A stretch of 64,000 nt of DNA, filler included, from Lama guanicoe (taxonomy: Eukaryota), in assembly GCA_013239625.1 (NCBI GenBank). It is 80 parts of 80 records of this genome, joined end to end, with 100 filler letters (N's around TTAATTAATTAA, not from the genome) between each part and the next. Parts side by side here need not be neighbours in the genome. Positions count along the whole stretch, not along the records: positions 62,744 to 63,249 come from PNXV01022530.1; positions 63,350 to 63,833 come from PNXV01022554.1; positions 63,934 to 64,000 come from MU056781.1; 77 more parts are not named here. One strand, 5' to 3'. Shown one piece after another: positions 63,066-64,000 of this stretch (its first letter is position 1; the number at the start of each line of letters is the position of its first letter). Under the pieces are notes generated by a model. That model was given only the letters and a program-made list of their open reading frames with translations. It was not told the DNA's origin and made no database searches. The position numbers were made by a program, and so were the translations under genes.

Positions 63066-63350
63066 GTAAAATTGAGGAAGCAAGGCTTCGCAAGGGTCAA
63101 AGGACTGGTAAATGCTATACTTTGAGAACTGGCCTCATGCCTCAGCCTGAGTCTCAACACTGAACATTGCTGTCTTCCCTTGACTACTCTCTAACCTCCA
63201 CAAGCTGCAACTTCCATCCTTGGTCCTTTGCAGATTAAAGGACATTATANNNNNNNNNNNNNNNNNNNNNNNNNNNNNNNNNNNNNNNNNNNNTTAATTA
63301 ATTAANNNNNNNNNNNNNNNNNNNNNNNNNNNNNNNNNNNNNNNNNNNNA

Positions 63351-63833
63351 ATGGCAATAAACACACATTTATCATTAATTACTGTAAATGTTAATGGAGC
63401 AAATGCTCCAGTCAAAAGACATAGGGTGGCAGACTGGATAATAAAGCAAGAACCTTCAATATGCTGCCTACAAGAGACCCACTTTAGGGAGAAGGACACA
63501 TATAGATTGAGAGTGAAAGGATGGAAAAGGATATTCCATGCAAATGGAAAAGCCAAAAAAGCAGGTGTTGCAGTACTGATTTCAGACAAAAAGTCTTTAA
63601 AACAAAGGCCATAAAGAAAGATAAAGAAGGACATTTTATAATGATTGAAGGAGTGATACAAGATGAGGATAGCACACTCGTTAATACATATGCACCAAAT
63701 TGAGAAGCACCTAAATATATAAAATAATTACTAACAGATATAGAGGGGGATAGTGATGGGAATCTAATAATATGTGGAGATTTGAACACTGCATTAACAT
63801 CACTAGACAGATCTTCTAGACAGAAAATAAACA
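63351..63833 (+). pseudogene. LINE-1 ORF2 N-terminal AP-endonuclease domain, frameshifted
   Basis: LSLITVNVNG...ICCLQETH...KGWKRIFHANG...KAGVAVLISDK, frameshift near 63592, then FKTKAIKKDKEGHFIMI...NTYAPN and a stop, then GDLNT. Confidence 0.96.
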
Positions 63834-64000
63834 NNNNNNNNNNNNNNNNNNNNNNNNNNNNNNNNNNNNNNNNNNNNTTAATTAATTAANNNNNNNNNNN
63901 NNNNNNNNNNNNNNNNNNNNNNNNNNNNNNNNNGGGGGGCAGTGCGTGCTATGGATCCAAGATTTTACTTTGAAGAAAGGAATGGTGTGAGCCTGCATGG

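Noticed and set aside
916..63933. CRISPR-like array of TTAATTAATTAA repeats with unique spacers
   Set aside because: The repeat is embedded in fixed N runs, the spacers are kb-scale mammalian scaffolds, and there are no cas genes. It is an assembly linker.

Overview
This is not contiguous chromosome and not prokaryotic. About 80 short (roughly 0.4-1.6 kb) unplaced mammalian scaffolds are joined by an artificial 100-bp linker (44 N + TTAATTAATTAA + 44 N), so adjacency across a linker has no biological meaning. The tRNA-derived SINE, the young L1 3' UTR and a ~267-bp satellite point to a camelid (inference). Content: (1) three tandem satellite families: GC-rich ~265-267 bp, ~249 bp, and an AT-rich heptamer-based array with 63/126-bp super-periodicity; (2) many LINE-1 fragments; (3) four copies of one ERV1-like LTR family; (4) old DNA transposons (MER2, Tigger3, MER58) plus MLT2, MIR and L2; (5) one clear protein-coding segment, a T-cell receptor alpha variable exon (TRAV25-like) with a 23-bp-spacer RSS; (6) an unidentified, coding-like, disabled multicopy family on three separate scaffolds. 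Nearly all other ORFs in the track are satellite, L1 or N-gap artefacts. I found no CRISPR array, rRNA, real tRNA or multi-gene system. The best leads are the multicopy family, the satellite architecture, and signs that whole blocks of decayed repeats were amplified. All repeat-family names come from recognition by eye, not database searches.
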